A stretch of 62,945 nucleotides of DNA, counting the filler, from Octopus bimaculoides (Eukaryota), in the NCBI RefSeq assembly GCF_001194135.2. It is 5 parts of 4 records of this genome, joined end to end, with 100 filler letters (N's around TTAATTAATTAA, not from the genome) between each part and the next. Parts side by side here need not be neighbours in the genome. Positions count along the whole stretch, not along the records: positions 10,248 to 20,250 come from NC_068982.1; positions 20,351 to 36,621 come from NC_068989.1; 3 more parts are not named here. The stretch is one strand, 5' to 3'. Shown one piece after another: positions 11,773 to 24,589 of the stretch. A program made the translations under genes and the position numbers. The notes under the pieces are model-generated. The model saw only the letters and a list, made by a program, of their open reading frames with translations. It was not told where the DNA came from and ran no database searches. The first letter of the stretch is position 1, and each line of letters begins with the position of its first letter.

Positions 11773-13069
11773 GGAACAAAAATGCAATAGAGGGCATTAA
11801 AACGATATATATATATATACACACGCACACACACATATACAAACTCACACAAAAGCAAACACTTACACACACATTTTTCTCTCTGTTTCTTCTCTCTCCT
11901 CACATATCCTTTCTGTATGACAGAATACACCTGATACATCAAAGACTTCTTCCAATTTTCCGATTCATCAAGTCAATACACTTTGTTTTTACTTCATCTT
12001 AGTGTCTTTTTCATTTCTGTACCACATGCTTATATATATATATATNNNNNNNNNNNNNNNNNNNNNNNNNNNNNNNNNNNNNNNNNNNNNNNNNNNNNNN
12101 NNNNNNNNNNNNNNNNNNNNNNNNNNNNNNNNNNNNNNNNNNNNNNNNNNNNNNNNNNNNNNNNNNNNNNNNNNNNNNNNNNNNNNNNNNNNNNNNNNNN
12201 NNNNNNNNNNNNNNNNNNNNNNNNNNNNNNNNNNNNNNNNNNNNNNNNNNNNNNNNNNNNNNNNNNNNNNNNNNNNNNNNNNNNNNNNNNNNNNNNNNNN
12301 NNNNNNNNNNNNNNNNNNNNNNNNNNNNNNNNNNNNNNNNNNNNNNNNNNNNNNNNNNNNNNNNNNNNNNNNNNNNNNNNNNNNNNNNNNNNNNNNNNNN
12401 NNNNNNNNNNNNNNNNNNNNNNNNNNNNNNNNNNNNNNNNNNNNNNNNNNNNNNNNNNNNNNNNNNNNNNNNNNNNNNNNNNNNNNNNNNNNNNNNNNNN
12501 NNNNNNNNNNNNNNNNNNNNNNNNNNNNNNNNNNNNNNNNNNNNNNNNNNNNNNNNNNNNNNNNNNNNNNNNNNNNNNNNNNNNNNNNNNNNNNNNNNNN
12601 NNNNNNNNNNNNNNNNNNNNNNNNNNNNNNNNNNNNNNNNNNNNNNNNNNNNNNNNNNNNNNNNNNNNNNNNNNNNNNNNNNNNNNNNNNNNNNNNNNNN
12701 NNNNNNNNNNNNNNNNNNNNNNNNNNNNNNNNNNNNNNNNNNTATATATATATATATATATATATATGGGTTAATACTAGTACCCACTAACTGGTCCTCA
12801 TTATATCGATCTTTATTGCCCCGTCGGCCAGACAAACAATCAAAAGCGGCTAAAATTCGCAGACCCCTGTTTTCGTCGAATGGATCGACTTGTCACAGCG
12901 CTTGTTTACCTCAAGCCTAGTGGTTAGGCCTGTGTGACGGATATTCGTGAACTCATGCAGGACACAGCACCGTGCACTGTCTCAGAGTAAGCTTGCGCAA
13001 TGTCATCTTGCACAGCCTGGAGCCTAATTTACTCTCGAGTTGGAGTTGACGTCCACAAGTGATGTGCCA

Positions 13070-13290
13070 TAGACTCGAAACGCCTAGTTTAGAATAGAGG
13101 CAGCTGATGAAGGAAAAGTTCCATAAGTGGCTCGTCTGTTTTCCTATGTGTTTGTTCTGTTGTCCGTAAAAAAAGTTCGTTTTTTGTGCTTTGTTTATGT
13201 TCCCGTTCCTTTTTTGTCCCTGTTTTTTTTTACGTCCTGTACCTGGATATGTATCTATATATACATGTAGATGTAGGTATGTACATATAT
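13070..13290 (+). mobile_element. Interspersed repeat, possibly Penelope-derived (second copy at 31950-32150)
   Basis: Shared tcgaaacgc..gcagctgatgaaggaaa..cgtcctgtacc..tatatatacatgtagatgtaggtatgtac in both copies. The Penelope link rests only on the CTGATGA/CGAAAC motifs. Confidence 0.55.
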
Positions 13291-13336
13291 GTATGTATAT
13301 ATGCATATGCTCACATATCATTTGCATTATATATAT

Positions 13337-13373
<37 letters not shown>

Positions 13374-14118
13374 ATTGCTGACAGGTAAGCATACATACAT
13401 ACATGCATGCATGCATACATACATACATACATACGCGTGCGCACGTACACACACATATATGTACATATATCATTTAATAACATTTAATCATTTGTTTTAT
13501 TTTGGAAATGGTGAATGTCATTTCTTTATAAAATAGATTTTTATTACACTCCGGCGAGGCATTTTCCGCGCGTGCGTGCGCGTGTGTATGTTTTATTAGC
13601 TAAGAAATTGCTCCGACACCTTGGGCTTAGAATGTTAGAGTTTTCTCCATAAAACCATGAGATACTAACTATCAGAAACAGTAATCTAATGATTCGAGCT
13701 TTGGAACAGGATCTGTATAGTCTAATCGGCAGAACATCCGATTATTTTTATAGACTCATTAAAGTGGAGGTAGTCATCTTGCAGGTATTTCGTTACGCAA
13801 GGAAAAGGGCGCAAGGGAGATAACTTGGAAATGCTTTGCAAACCTTTTCAAGTGAGTGCTTGCTAAATCGTTTTTGAGACGAAATATTCAAAGGATGAAA
13901 TATGAAAGAAATGAGAAAAAAGAATGGAAGAATAACAATTTTCAACGGAATCAAATTTAGAAAGTAAAACTGCAGATGTAATAAAAGAAGATAAAACAAA
14001 ACATCTTGAAGATGTAAGATACACACACACACACAAATGTGTGTGCGCGTTTTCTGTGGTAATTTGAGAAGCGGTGACGAGGGACAATTCTGTGAATAAT
14101 AGTATTTTATAAGCTTAA

Positions 14119-14356
14119 CAATAATAATAATAATAATCTTTTCTACTCTAGATACAAGGCCCGAAATTTTGGGGTGGGGAAAGGGGCCAGTCGATTAGAT
14201 CGATCTCGGTACGCAACTGGTACTTAATTTATCAACCTCTAAAGGATGAAAGACAAAGTCGACCTCGGCGGAATTTGAACTCAGAACATAAAGACAGACG
14301 AAATACTGCAAAGCATTTCGCCCGGCGTGCTAACGTTTCGGCCAGCTCGCCGCCTT
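14119..14356 (-). mobile_element. tRNA-headed SINE family B with (AAT)n tail
   Basis: Reverse complement reads aaggcggcgagctggccgaaacgttagcacgccgggcgaaatgc..gttctgagttcaaattccgccgaggtcgac, with a B-box-like GAGTTCAAATTCC. Confidence 0.9.
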
Positions 14357-14479
14357 AATTATGATGGTGATGATGATCTAATAAAATATTATTTACTGAA
14401 TATATATGTGTGTGTGTATGTATACACACCCGAGTATATCATATATATTCTGGGTCCATTGGAATATGTATATTTATAA

Positions 14480-14514
<35 letters not shown>

Positions 14515-14520
14515 GATGTA

Positions 14521-14850
14521 TCAAAAAAGTTTCGTTGCATTCTCCAAACCCGGTTCCGGGTTCAGTCCCACTGCACGGTACCTTGGGCAAGTGTCTTCTA
14601 CTATAGCCCAGGCCGACCAAAGCTTAGTGACTGGATTTGGTTGACGGAAACTGAAAGAAACCCATCGCATGTGTTTGTGACTGTTTGTCTATCTCCACCA
14701 CTTGAAAATGGGGGGGGGTGATATGTTTACGTCACCGTAACTTAGCGGTTCAGAGACCGATAGAATAAGTACTGGAGTCGATTCGTATGGCTGCGATTCT
14801 TCAAGGTGGTGCCCCATTATAGCCGCAATCTAATGACTGAAACAAGGAAG
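14521..14850 (+). mobile_element. SINE family A
   Basis: ggttccgggttcagtcccactgcacggtaccttgggcaagtgtcttctactatagc..atgactgaaacaag. Confidence 0.85.
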
Positions 14851-15769
14851 ATATTAAACAAAAATGTGTGTGTGTGTGTGTGTGTGTGTGTGTTCATATC
14901 GTTATAAAACTATAAAACACTCCTGCAAGCCGAGAGGAAGAAACAATTAATTCCTTTCTCACACGTTCTCGCCCGCATGGTTTAGTGATATTTCATGTGT
15001 ATATATTCAGTCACGTAACACATACATAATACCTAATTGCAGACTCACATAAAAAAATAATAAATAATAACACATGAAAAAAAAAACACGACTACCCAAT
15101 TATTACACATAAACACGATTAACATAGTAAATTAAGCTCAGATTTTTCCAAAAGCATTCACTGTAATTTCTACACTCTGCAACGGGAAAAAAGAATTAAG
15201 ATGTACAGAAAAGAGAAATAAGAAACGATATATGCGCGTTTGTTGTGACTAGTTTGTGTTGAATATCAGAGCTTGTATAAACTTGCAGGTTATAATAAAC
15301 ATGTTTCTACTCTATTAGCGTGTGTTTTTGCGGCGAATTATGCCAGGGTGGTGAGAAGGATTGTGAAGAAGAGAAGGGAAAAGGAGAGACGTGTTCAGGA
15401 AAAAGCATGTGTGTGGTGTGAAAGAGATGGAGGGAGGTGTTCGGTACGAGAATGAGTGGAATATAAAGAGATCGGTTTGGAGTGGATGAAGAGAGACTGG
15501 AGTGGTATTAGAAAGTAAATGGGTAGGAGGATGAGTGAGATGCAGATGAATGAAAGAAATATGTGAGTAGATAGCGTAAAAAAAAGGAGGGAGAAAGTAT
15601 GGATGGGAGAAAGGGTAAGAAGGAGAAAGAGAATGAATGAAAGAGGTTATATAGTAGAAACAGTATTTAAATTAGGCATCAATTCTTTTAAAATGACTTT
15701 GAAATAATGGAATGTAGCATGATCCCTTCTGCTAAATGCCCAAGGTCTGGAAATATGGTGGAGGAGGAG

Positions 15770-16265
15770 GAAAAGTTGATTATATCAACCTCAGTATTCA
15801 ATTGGTATTTATTTCATCGAACCCCGGAACGACGAAAGCAAAGTCGATCTCGAAAGGGTGAAAAGCAAAGTCGACCTTGGCGGCATTTGAACTCAGAACA
15901 TAGAGACGGATGAAATAGCTGCTAAGCATTTTGTCCCGCGTGCTCACGATGCCAGCTTGTCGTCTTGCTATAATAAGAATTTCAAATATTGACACAAAGC
16001 CAGCAATTTCGAGGAAAGGGATAAGTCGGTTACATCGACGCCAGTGCTCAACTGGTACCTATTTGATCAACCCAAAAAGAATGAACGGCGAAGTCGACCT
16101 CGGTGGAATTTGAACTCAGAACATAAAGACAGACGAAATGCTGCTAAGCTAACGATTCCGCTAACTCGCCACCTTAATAGTACCTGTAAATAATCCTTTC
16201 TACTATAGGCACATTGCCTGAAATTTTGGGGGAGGGGGCTAGTCGATTACATCGACCCCAGTGTG
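15770..16265 (-). mobile_element. Head-to-tail cluster of three partial SINE family B copies
   Basis: Repeated gtcgacct(c/t)gg.gg.atttgaactcagaacata motifs near 15870 and 16095, and a third 3' end at 16195-16265. Confidence 0.85.
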
Positions 16266-16675
16266 TTTATTAATGATCCTCAAACTAAAAGCGAGAAATC
16301 ACCGCTTCACCTTTTTGTAGCTCAAGGAGTCTCTACCTAAAAATAAGACCTGCTAGAAATAGCAGCAAAACTACCCGTAAATCAAAACAATTGTCTTGAC
16401 AGAGAATACCATAAAAGATTATCGTAGATAATAAAGTATTATATGAACAATACATGGTGGGGTGGGGGTCATGAATAATACAGAACTATTTGTTTTTTTT
16501 TTGTGTGTTTTGTTTTTCTTATCCGTTCCCAAATACAAGCTGGTTATTTGGATTGCTTTTGTAGAGTACCGGTTACTGGACGCTCACTCAATCCGCATCT
16601 TTTTCTTCAATATGAGACGATTGGGCGCCAATGTTTGGACACTGGCGCGAATAACTTAGAAATTTAACTGGTATT

Positions 16676-17006
16676 GGTAAAGACTCCCTTCGGTCATGAA
16701 TGACCATGGGATTGCACCTAGAAGGTTCCCCTCCGAGGCACAAGTCCGGGTAAGGTTATTTGTGGAAGACCAGCAATCGCCCATGCATACCAGCCTCCCC
16801 CATTCCATGGCACTGATGTTTTCCAAGGGAACAAAGGGGCCGATACAACTTGGCACCAGTAGCATCGCAACTCATTTCTACAGCTGAGTGAATTGGAGCA
16901 TCATGAAATAAAGTGTCTTGCTCAAGAACACAACTCGCAGCCTGATCCGAGAATCGAACTCTCTACCTCGTGATTGTGAGCCCGACGCTCTAACCACTGA
17001 GCCATG
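16676..17006 (-). mobile_element. tRNA-headed SINE family E
   Basis: Reverse complement has A/B-box-like tggctcagtggttagagc and gagttcgattctc, a central tgttcttgagcaagacactt motif, and a tail aggtgcaatcccatggtcattcatgaccgaaggg. Confidence 0.85.
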
Positions 17007-17094
17007 AGAGAGAGGAAAGAGAGAAGTGAGAGAGAGAGATTATAATTTATTGAGCACGATTGACCTGAACACCTTCCCTCTACTCATATAAATA

Positions 17095-17433
17095 TTTTAT
17101 CTTTTACCTGTTTTAGTTATTAGACTGCGGCCATATTGGGGCACCGTTTTGAAGAATTTTAGTCGCACGAATCGACTCCGCTGCTTATGTTCTTAAAGCG
17201 TGGTACTTATGTCATCGGTTTCCCGGATTCTGTAGCATATGTATTCCCCACCCCTGGACAGAACGCCGACTCGGTGCAGGGTTATTCATTTTTGCCAGGT
17301 AAGTGAACAGGAACAAGGAGAAAAGAAGTGTTTTTGTTCAAGAAGATAACGCATCGCCCGATACTGGATTCGAAACTGAAATCGTATGATCATGAGTACA
17401 ACACCCCCTAACCAGTAAACCACGCGCCTCCAC
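17095..17433 (-). mobile_element. Adjacent SINE fragments: family A 3' end (17095-17222) and family F 5' part (17225-17433)
   Basis: Similarity to other copies in the window. Confidence 0.7.
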
Positions 17434-17929
17434 CTTTTAAACAGCAGTTAGAGTATATTTTCATTATTGGAAACTCATTTTCTAATGTGACATGTTTTCT
17501 TTAATTCAGATTTTCAACGCGTTATACAAAAGTAGTGATGCCGAAAGTGCATGTAAGCAAGTGTAAAGGTTAACAGGTGCCAACGATCACGTGATGTTTC
17601 CATACTTTTCTTCAGTCATTAGTTGCAATGTAAATAACATGAAACACTCATAAACGTCAGTTGAAACCATAATACTGAAGAGAACAGTTCAAACGCAGTA
17701 CCAAAGTTCAAATCCTTCCATTTATATAATTAGGAGACAAACAGACAGACATTATTGTCAATGATTTTGACGCATTATTTTCTAACACTGAGTGGGGAAT
17801 GAATAGAATGATAGAAAGTTCGAATGGTGCTATTGGTCTTTTGTGAGCTGTAACAAATTTTCTAATAAATTAAAGAACATGAACAAAAGAATGGATGCTG
17901 CAAAACATACATTATCCTAATTAAAATAT

Positions 17930-18420
17930 TTTTTCTCGATTTTTGATCAACAAATGTTTTCATTGCACTTTCTAAATCTATCGTTTTTGCATCATTTATA
18001 TTCAACTGAGGAAATTGCCATAGAGTATATTCGGTCTTATGTTATGGTCGACCGTAAATGTGTCTTTATAAGCTTTAGCTAACTAAAGCTTTTCTCTCTC
18101 AATGGCCACAGTTAAATATTATTGTAAACATTGTTTTTAATGCAACCCACAGATTTGACATGACATCCTGTAACTTAATATTGCTGATGAATCTAACAGC
18201 TTCTGTCGGAAGCTTAACGTCTCCAGGAAATAATTCTTCTGCAATATCTAGTTCAAGGAAGAGGTCACATCCGTTAATATCACCTAGGCAACATTTTAAA
18301 ATAAGCTTCATTCCATTCAAGGAATTTTCACATTTTGCTTCGTATTTTATTTCATTTGTTATTTTTCACATTTTCTGCTTTTGTATTTCAAAGAATAAAC
18401 GTGATGCTTTCCAGCATGTG
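17930..18420 (-). pseudogene. hAT transposase remnant, C-terminal dimerisation domain
   Basis: ORF 18099-18320 DINGCDLFLEL..NLWVALKTMFTI continues after a frameshift into ER.SFS.LKLIKTHLRST..RLNILSMAISS..IDLESAMKTFVDQKSRK, a hAT/ZMYM1-like signature. Confidence 0.8.
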
Positions 18421-19269
18421 GCATCGTTACGTGACTACCTAAGTTCCCAGTATCTTCAGCAGACACCGGGGTGAACACAACCGTTGTCCGGGATGTGTTT
18501 AGAGGTATGAATTGACTTACATACAGCCCTGCTTCTCACATAGGAAATTGACAGGGCTAGAATAACTTTTATGGCAATTTGATAGTACAATTTTTTTTTA
18601 TATATATAATGACTATTCTTGTCGTTATTTAGCGTCCATGTCGGCCAATCAAGCCGTGACCATCCCGCTGTTTATATATTTATTTATAAGAATAATGTAT
18701 ACTGTTCATTGCATTTCTTTTCAAGCCTCTAAGTTTGAGGGAAATTTGGCTTCTATTTCAAGATCGTTAATTCTTGGAATGGTTTATGTTCAAAGTGCCC
18801 GCTTTCTCGACGACAATCGAAAAAAAAATTGTCCAAAGTAACAAAAATATTTCTAGAAATCATTATATATTTTTGTGATAATTATTTTACTAGTTTCAAT
18901 CCTTGGCCAGTGGCTATGCTTAGGACACGGTCTCTCAGCGTTTTATTTCAATCATATCAATCGCAGCATATAGTTTAGTTTGGTATTTGACTTGCCTACT
19001 TGTATCGAATAGAGATCGATAAACTATGAACCAATAAATGTATAGTTCTGAGTCTGTAAGAAAGTATTTCTGGACAAATTGCCTTACGGCAGGGGCGCAG
19101 CCAGGTTCTAAAGTTATGGGGAAGCGAATGCATAAAAAAAAAATGGCGTCGTTACACCTATCAAACAATTTTTAACTCATTCGTTATACATTTTATAAAA
19201 GGCGCCAATTTTGAAAAATGTGCTCGGCGTAAGAGCCGTCGCTCCTCTTGGTCCTCTGTACTTTACGAT

Positions 19270-20142
19270 ATTTAGTTTCATCTTTTTATGGTTTGAGTTC
19301 AAATCCTCCTGAGATCAACTTTCATCCTTGAGGGGTGTCGATAAAATTAAGTGTCGGTTGAATAACTGGTATTGATTGAATCGATTAACCTCACCTCTCA
19401 AACCCAAATTGGTCGCATTGAGCCTATAAAAGAAATCATTGGTCTAACGGAATAGTTAAAGCATCAGAGGAAATTCCTTGCAGTTGTTTTAGTAATGGTC
19501 CTTTACATACTGAGTTCAAATCCCGCGGAGGTCGACTTTGCTTTTCCTTCTTCTGAGGGAGGGGAAACGCGTGACAAAATGAATTACCATTCAAGTATTA
19601 GGGTCCATATAATTGACTTCTCTCACTTCAACACTAAATTTCCGACCGTAGTGGGACTGAATCCGGATTAAGACCCTGAGAGACCCTAGGTACTTAAAAA
19701 ACGTTGGTGCTTCCATATATATGTAATTCAAAATATAAACAATAATATCATAAAATAAATTCATGTTTTTCGAATAGAACTACCAGTAAGATGGAAAATA
19801 GCGATTTCAAATTTTGCCACGAGGGCAGCAACTTTGGAGAAGGGGATGAGTCGATTACATGTGTTCAATTGGTCCTTATTTTATCAACCCCTAAAGGATG
19901 AAAGGTAAAGTTGACCTGGGCGGAATTTGAACTCAGAACATAAAGACAGACAAAATATTGGGGAGAAAGGGGCCGTCGATTAAATCGATCCCAGTACGCC
20001 ATTGGTTCTTAATTTACCAACCTTGATAGGATGAAGAGCAAAGTCGACCTCGACGGAATTTGAACCCATAACGTAGCGTCGGGCGAAATAGCGCTAAGCG
20101 TTTCGTTGAGTGCGCTAACGATTCTGCCAGCTCGCCGCCTTG
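19270..20142. mobile_element. SINE family B cluster: two + partial copies (19270-19620) facing two - copies (19800-20142)
   Basis: tgagttcaaatcc..gaggtcgactttgc on +, and gcaaagtcgacctcg..gaatttgaac on -. Confidence 0.8.
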
Positions 20143-20407
20143 GTAAACTGGAAAATAATACTTACTTTTATATACTCTCTCTTTACTCTTCTACTTGTTT
20201 CAGTCACTTGACTGTGGCCATGCTGGAGCACCGCCTTTAGTCGAGCAAATNNNNNNNNNNNNNNNNNNNNNNNNNNNNNNNNNNNNNNNNNNNNTTAATT
20301 AATTAANNNNNNNNNNNNNNNNNNNNNNNNNNNNNNNNNNNNNNNNNNNNTAAAAAACATAAAAAACAGAGTTGGAACTCTTTTAAATAAAATTATATAT
20401 ATATATA

Positions 20408-20511
20408 GGCGCAGGAGTGGCTGTGTGGTAAGTAGCTTGCTTACCAACCACATGGTTCTGGGTTCAGTGGATTTGGTAGATGGAAACTGAAAGAAGCCCG
20501 TTGTGTGTATG

Positions 20512-20546
<35 letters not shown>

Positions 20547-20764
20547 TTGTGTGTCTGTGTTTGTCCCACCCCCACCATACCATCGCTTGACAACCGATGC
20601 TGGTGTGTTTACATCCCCGTAACTTAGCGGTTCGGCAAAAAGAGACCGATAGAATAAGTACTAGGCTTACAAAGAATAAGTCCTGGAGTCGATTAGCTCG
20701 ACTAAAGGCGGTGTTCCAGCATGGCCGCAGTCAAATGACTGAAACAAGTAAAAGAGTAAAAGAG
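20408..20764 (+). mobile_element. SINE family A with an internal deletion of about 60 bp
   Basis: Full head ggcgcaggagtggctgtgtggtaagtagc and tail gtaaaagagtaaaagag. ggttcagt joins directly to ggatttggtag. Confidence 0.92.
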
Positions 20765-20802
20765 ATATATAAATCTATGCATCTCACTTAGTTCATCTAA
20801 CT

Positions 20803-21136
20803 CAGTGGTTCTTTTCACCTATAGACCACTTTGATTACTATTCTATTCCGGTGGACTCCTAACAGCCATTTGATGTTTAAAAACCAGTTTTATAGATACT
20901 TCTTTCAAAATTTCTATTTTGTTTTTTTCACACATTCAATTTAGTTTCAAGCAGGTTTAACGTTAGAGAAAGAAATCTTGCTGTTTCTTGCAATAAATAC
21001 AGCCAAAGCAAAATTTTTTTTTCATGGACCCCTAGATACTACTGTGGATCCCCAATTTACTATTTTGCTTGTATAGACCCCTAAAAATCTTATATGGAGT
21101 CTCTGGGGTCATATGGACCCCAGTTGAGAACCACTG
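20803..21136 (+). mobile_element. hAT-type MITE, copy 1
   Basis: Termini cagtggttct / gttgagaaccactg; internal sequence shared with 24261 and 48789. Confidence 0.8.
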
Positions 21137-22052
21137 CTCACTGTTTGGAATACATATTAAAGCATTTGAGAAATGTTGATAATGAATATTGATAAAGACA
21201 ACTAAATGAGCAAATATCAAGAAACTGGATTAAATATTTTCATTTTCTTCTTTGTTCATTCATGGTGGCTGCCCCAATAGTTTATCTCTCATCCATTTAA
21301 TCTCATGTAAACAGAGCTAAAGAATGACCCTGGGCCTAAGAGGCATTGACATTTGCAATCACCAATGAATGACTTTTCCAATGGGGTCAACTTACATAAA
21401 TAGAAAATATTGTTCTGCAAAGAAACTTAAAAGTATAATAACTCAATGAAATAGTAGTAGCAGCAGATCTCGATAAGTGACCTTCCACCTCCCTAAAAGT
21501 GACTGATGGTAGAATTTTAAATATTTTGATGACCTACTTCTCATTACAAACCAAACTCTCTTTTTAGAAATTTATAAGTTGACAATAATGTGTTAATGTT
21601 TACAGTGTTGTCATTTAATCCCAAGTCATTTCTAAAGATCAGTCCTGTGATCGCAGATGCATTCCAGCTTTGACAATCCTATTTTTTCAGGCAGCATAAC
21701 ATCCAGAACCATACCATTCAGTGTGTGTCCTACCCCTTTTAAGATGGTATGGTTTAATGTAATAGAGGCATATAAATACCATTTCTGTTGTATCGTGATT
21801 ATATTACTGGCTCCATATTCTGATGTTTATAATGTTTGTAATCCATAATATGGCCAGAAATCAAATTTAACTCAGTATACAAAAAGTTCTTAGACTTTTT
21901 ATCTTTTATCTTAATCATTGAAAAAAATAATGGTGGGGAAACAGGAAATGTGATACTCATTATTATGTTAAGGGTTTTAGTGGCATATATGGAGTTAAAT
22001 GGAATCCACTTTTCTCATCTTACTGGAAACGTACCTTTTGTATAGCACTTGC

Positions 22053-22085
<33 letters not shown>

Positions 22086-22617
22086 TGATGTAATACCAGG
22101 CCATGGATCTCATGGCTTCTGATCTTATCTGCTTGAAAGTGTTAACATGTACATATTTTGTCTTGATGTAAAAGATGGGCTGAAAGAGGTATATAATATT
22201 CTGCTCAATACCACAGACTTGTCTGTCAGTTGCTTGATCTTAACTAGTTGAGCATGTCCCTTATGTACATCTCTGATCACAAGCAGTTGTTGTTGGGGAG
22301 CTTCATAGCCATGTCTTGAAAGGAATTCTTTGGGGTTTGAATAATTCACCCTTGGAAACATGAGTGTTTCATCATACTTAAACAAACAACCTTATTCAAG
22401 GACCTGATCTTTTGAGCAGGATGGGCTAACCGACCTGAAGAAAATTCTAACTGGGTCCCACCTGCAATGTCATGTGCTGTTTATTTTGATATGAGATCAT
22501 CATGCCACATGCATATGGTTGTGATGCATGTGCCTGGTGTACCCTTATCAAACAGGTAGTCATGATTGGTATATTGGGCTTTGTATATTTGTACTCCAGT
22601 GTCACTACTCTCTCACT
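22086..22617. mobile_element. About 530-bp non-coding insert bounded by (TAA)n on both sides
   Basis: Complex sequence between a pure (TAA)n tract (22055-22085) and a degenerate TAA/TGA tract (22618-22640). No convincing ORF. Confidence 0.5.
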
Positions 22618-22644
22618 TAATAATGATAATTATAATAATGATGG

Positions 22645-23390
22645 TTTCAAATTTTAGCAAAGGCCGGTAATTTCAAGGCGAGGAGGTTAGTTGATTGGAT
22701 TGATTCCAGAAGAAGATTTTTACTTAATTTTATCAACTCTGGAGGGATGAAAGGTAAAGCTGACCTTGGTGAAATTTGAACTCAGAACATAGAGAGCCAG
22801 AAGAGCCACTAAGTGTTTTTGTCTGACACACAATAACTTCTAACAGACACTTGGCTACATATTTTTTGAGGAGGATTTCAATCAATTCAATTGACCCCAG
22901 TATGTAACTGGTTTTTACTTTATCAACTTCAGAAGAACAAAAGATAAAATTAAGTTCAGAGGGTAAATGAATGTCAGTGAATCCAAGGCATTTTGTTTGA
23001 GACTTTATTGATTCTGTCAGTCATTGTGCCTTAATAATAATAATCATAATGACTTCTAACTTAGGTATATGGCCAAACACTGGGATATGGTGAATTAAAT
23101 CTATCTTAGTATTTGGTTTGTACTTAATTTCAGTTCTTGGAAGGATGAAGGCAAATTTGACCTTGGTGGGATTGAACTCAGTATCTAAATTAGCTATAAG
23201 ACCTCAAAATGTTAGATTGTGAAAATTACAGTATATCAGTCTCACTGCTTCACTGGTTTATGTTTTATCATCACCCCACTAGGGAAGGATGAAATGCAAA
23301 AGTGACCTTGTATTTGAGCCAGGGATGTCACTAAATGCTACAAGACATTTTGTCTGTTACTCTACTGATTCTGCTATCTTCTGTCAAATG
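22645..23390 (-). mobile_element. Array of 4-5 degenerate SINE family B copies
   Basis: Repeated gatgaaagg.aaag.tgaccttggtg..atttgaactcag motifs with CpG-to-TpG decay. Confidence 0.7.
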
Positions 23391-24260
23391 GTGTAAAGGT
23401 TAGAGTATAACTGGAGTATCATATAAGAAAACTAAAGAAAGAAAATTTTTTTTTTAATGGTTGCTCAGCCCCAAATTCAGCCCTGATCAAGCTGATCTAT
23501 GTTCAGAAGCATTCCGGCCATGACCATCTCATGTTTCTCATTATCTAAAGTTATATTGTCTAATTTGTCCTTTCTTTTTCTAAGGCAGGAGAACATGCCT
23601 TGGATTAAGTTTTGGTTCCTGTTTCTAACAGGTTGAGAGATCACATGGGATTCATGTGTCTTGTCCAGAGAGGAATTTATAAACGTAGACAAGATCAAGT
23701 TAAATCTAGAAGAGGATAATTTGGCCTGAAATTAATATTGGCAGTTAATAAGGCAAATGGTTATCTTTAACTAAATGTAATTGGTATCCTTTTTCGAAAT
23801 TGCCCTCATAAGTGAAACATTATGTAGATACAAAAATAATGATTATAGTAAGGTGAACTTTGACAACAAAGACAATGATAATGATTTAATGATTAAGTCA
23901 GTTGTAACAATAATAATACTTATGGATAAGCATTTATCTGCTGGAAATTAGTTAAATTTAAGTCTTAAATTGCTGACTAATCATTTCATCTAGAGCATGC
24001 TGGTTTTATCTTGTACATTAATACTAAATATTAACACTTCAGCTATGGATTTTACAAAGAGATAGCTGAAAAAATTCTAAAATATATGTGATGAAAGTTA
24101 TCAATCAATAATACATCTTGAGGTTTTCAGTTTTAGCTCAAACTTTCCACTTACTTCTTTCTCTGCACTCTCTTACCTCAAGGGTGTGTCTGTCTGTTTG
24201 TTGTCTATTGCTTTTCATTTTTAATGCTATCAGATTTGTATGGATTGGTGTTATATCGAC

Positions 24261-24540
24261 CAGTGGTTCTCAACTATTTTTTATTTATGGACCCCTTTGA
24301 TTATTATTTTGAAAACTAGTTTTATAGAGACTTCTTTCAAAATTTTGTGTAGGTTGAACTATGTAAAATGTTTCAGAAAGAAATTTTGTTGTTTCTTGCA
24401 ATAAATACACCTAAAGCAAAATTTTTCCAAGGACCATTAAAATACTGGTGGATCCCCAATTTACTATTTTGCTTGTGTGGACCCCCAAAAATCTTAAATG
24501 AAGTCCCAGGGGTCATGTGGACTCCAGCTGAGAACCCCCA
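24261..24540 (+). mobile_element. hAT-type MITE, copy 2
   Basis: cagtggttctcaac..gctgagaacc termini; colinear with 20803-21136. Confidence 0.8.
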
Positions 24541-24589
24541 CTATACATGTTTGTAATAGCACCAGTTGCAGAAATCCCTTGGTTTTATT

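Noticed and set aside
15770-16265. Regularly recurring 25-30 bp motifs with spacers, superficially CRISPR-like
   Set aside because: These are tandem SINE fragments in a eukaryotic context with homologous spacers and no cas genes.
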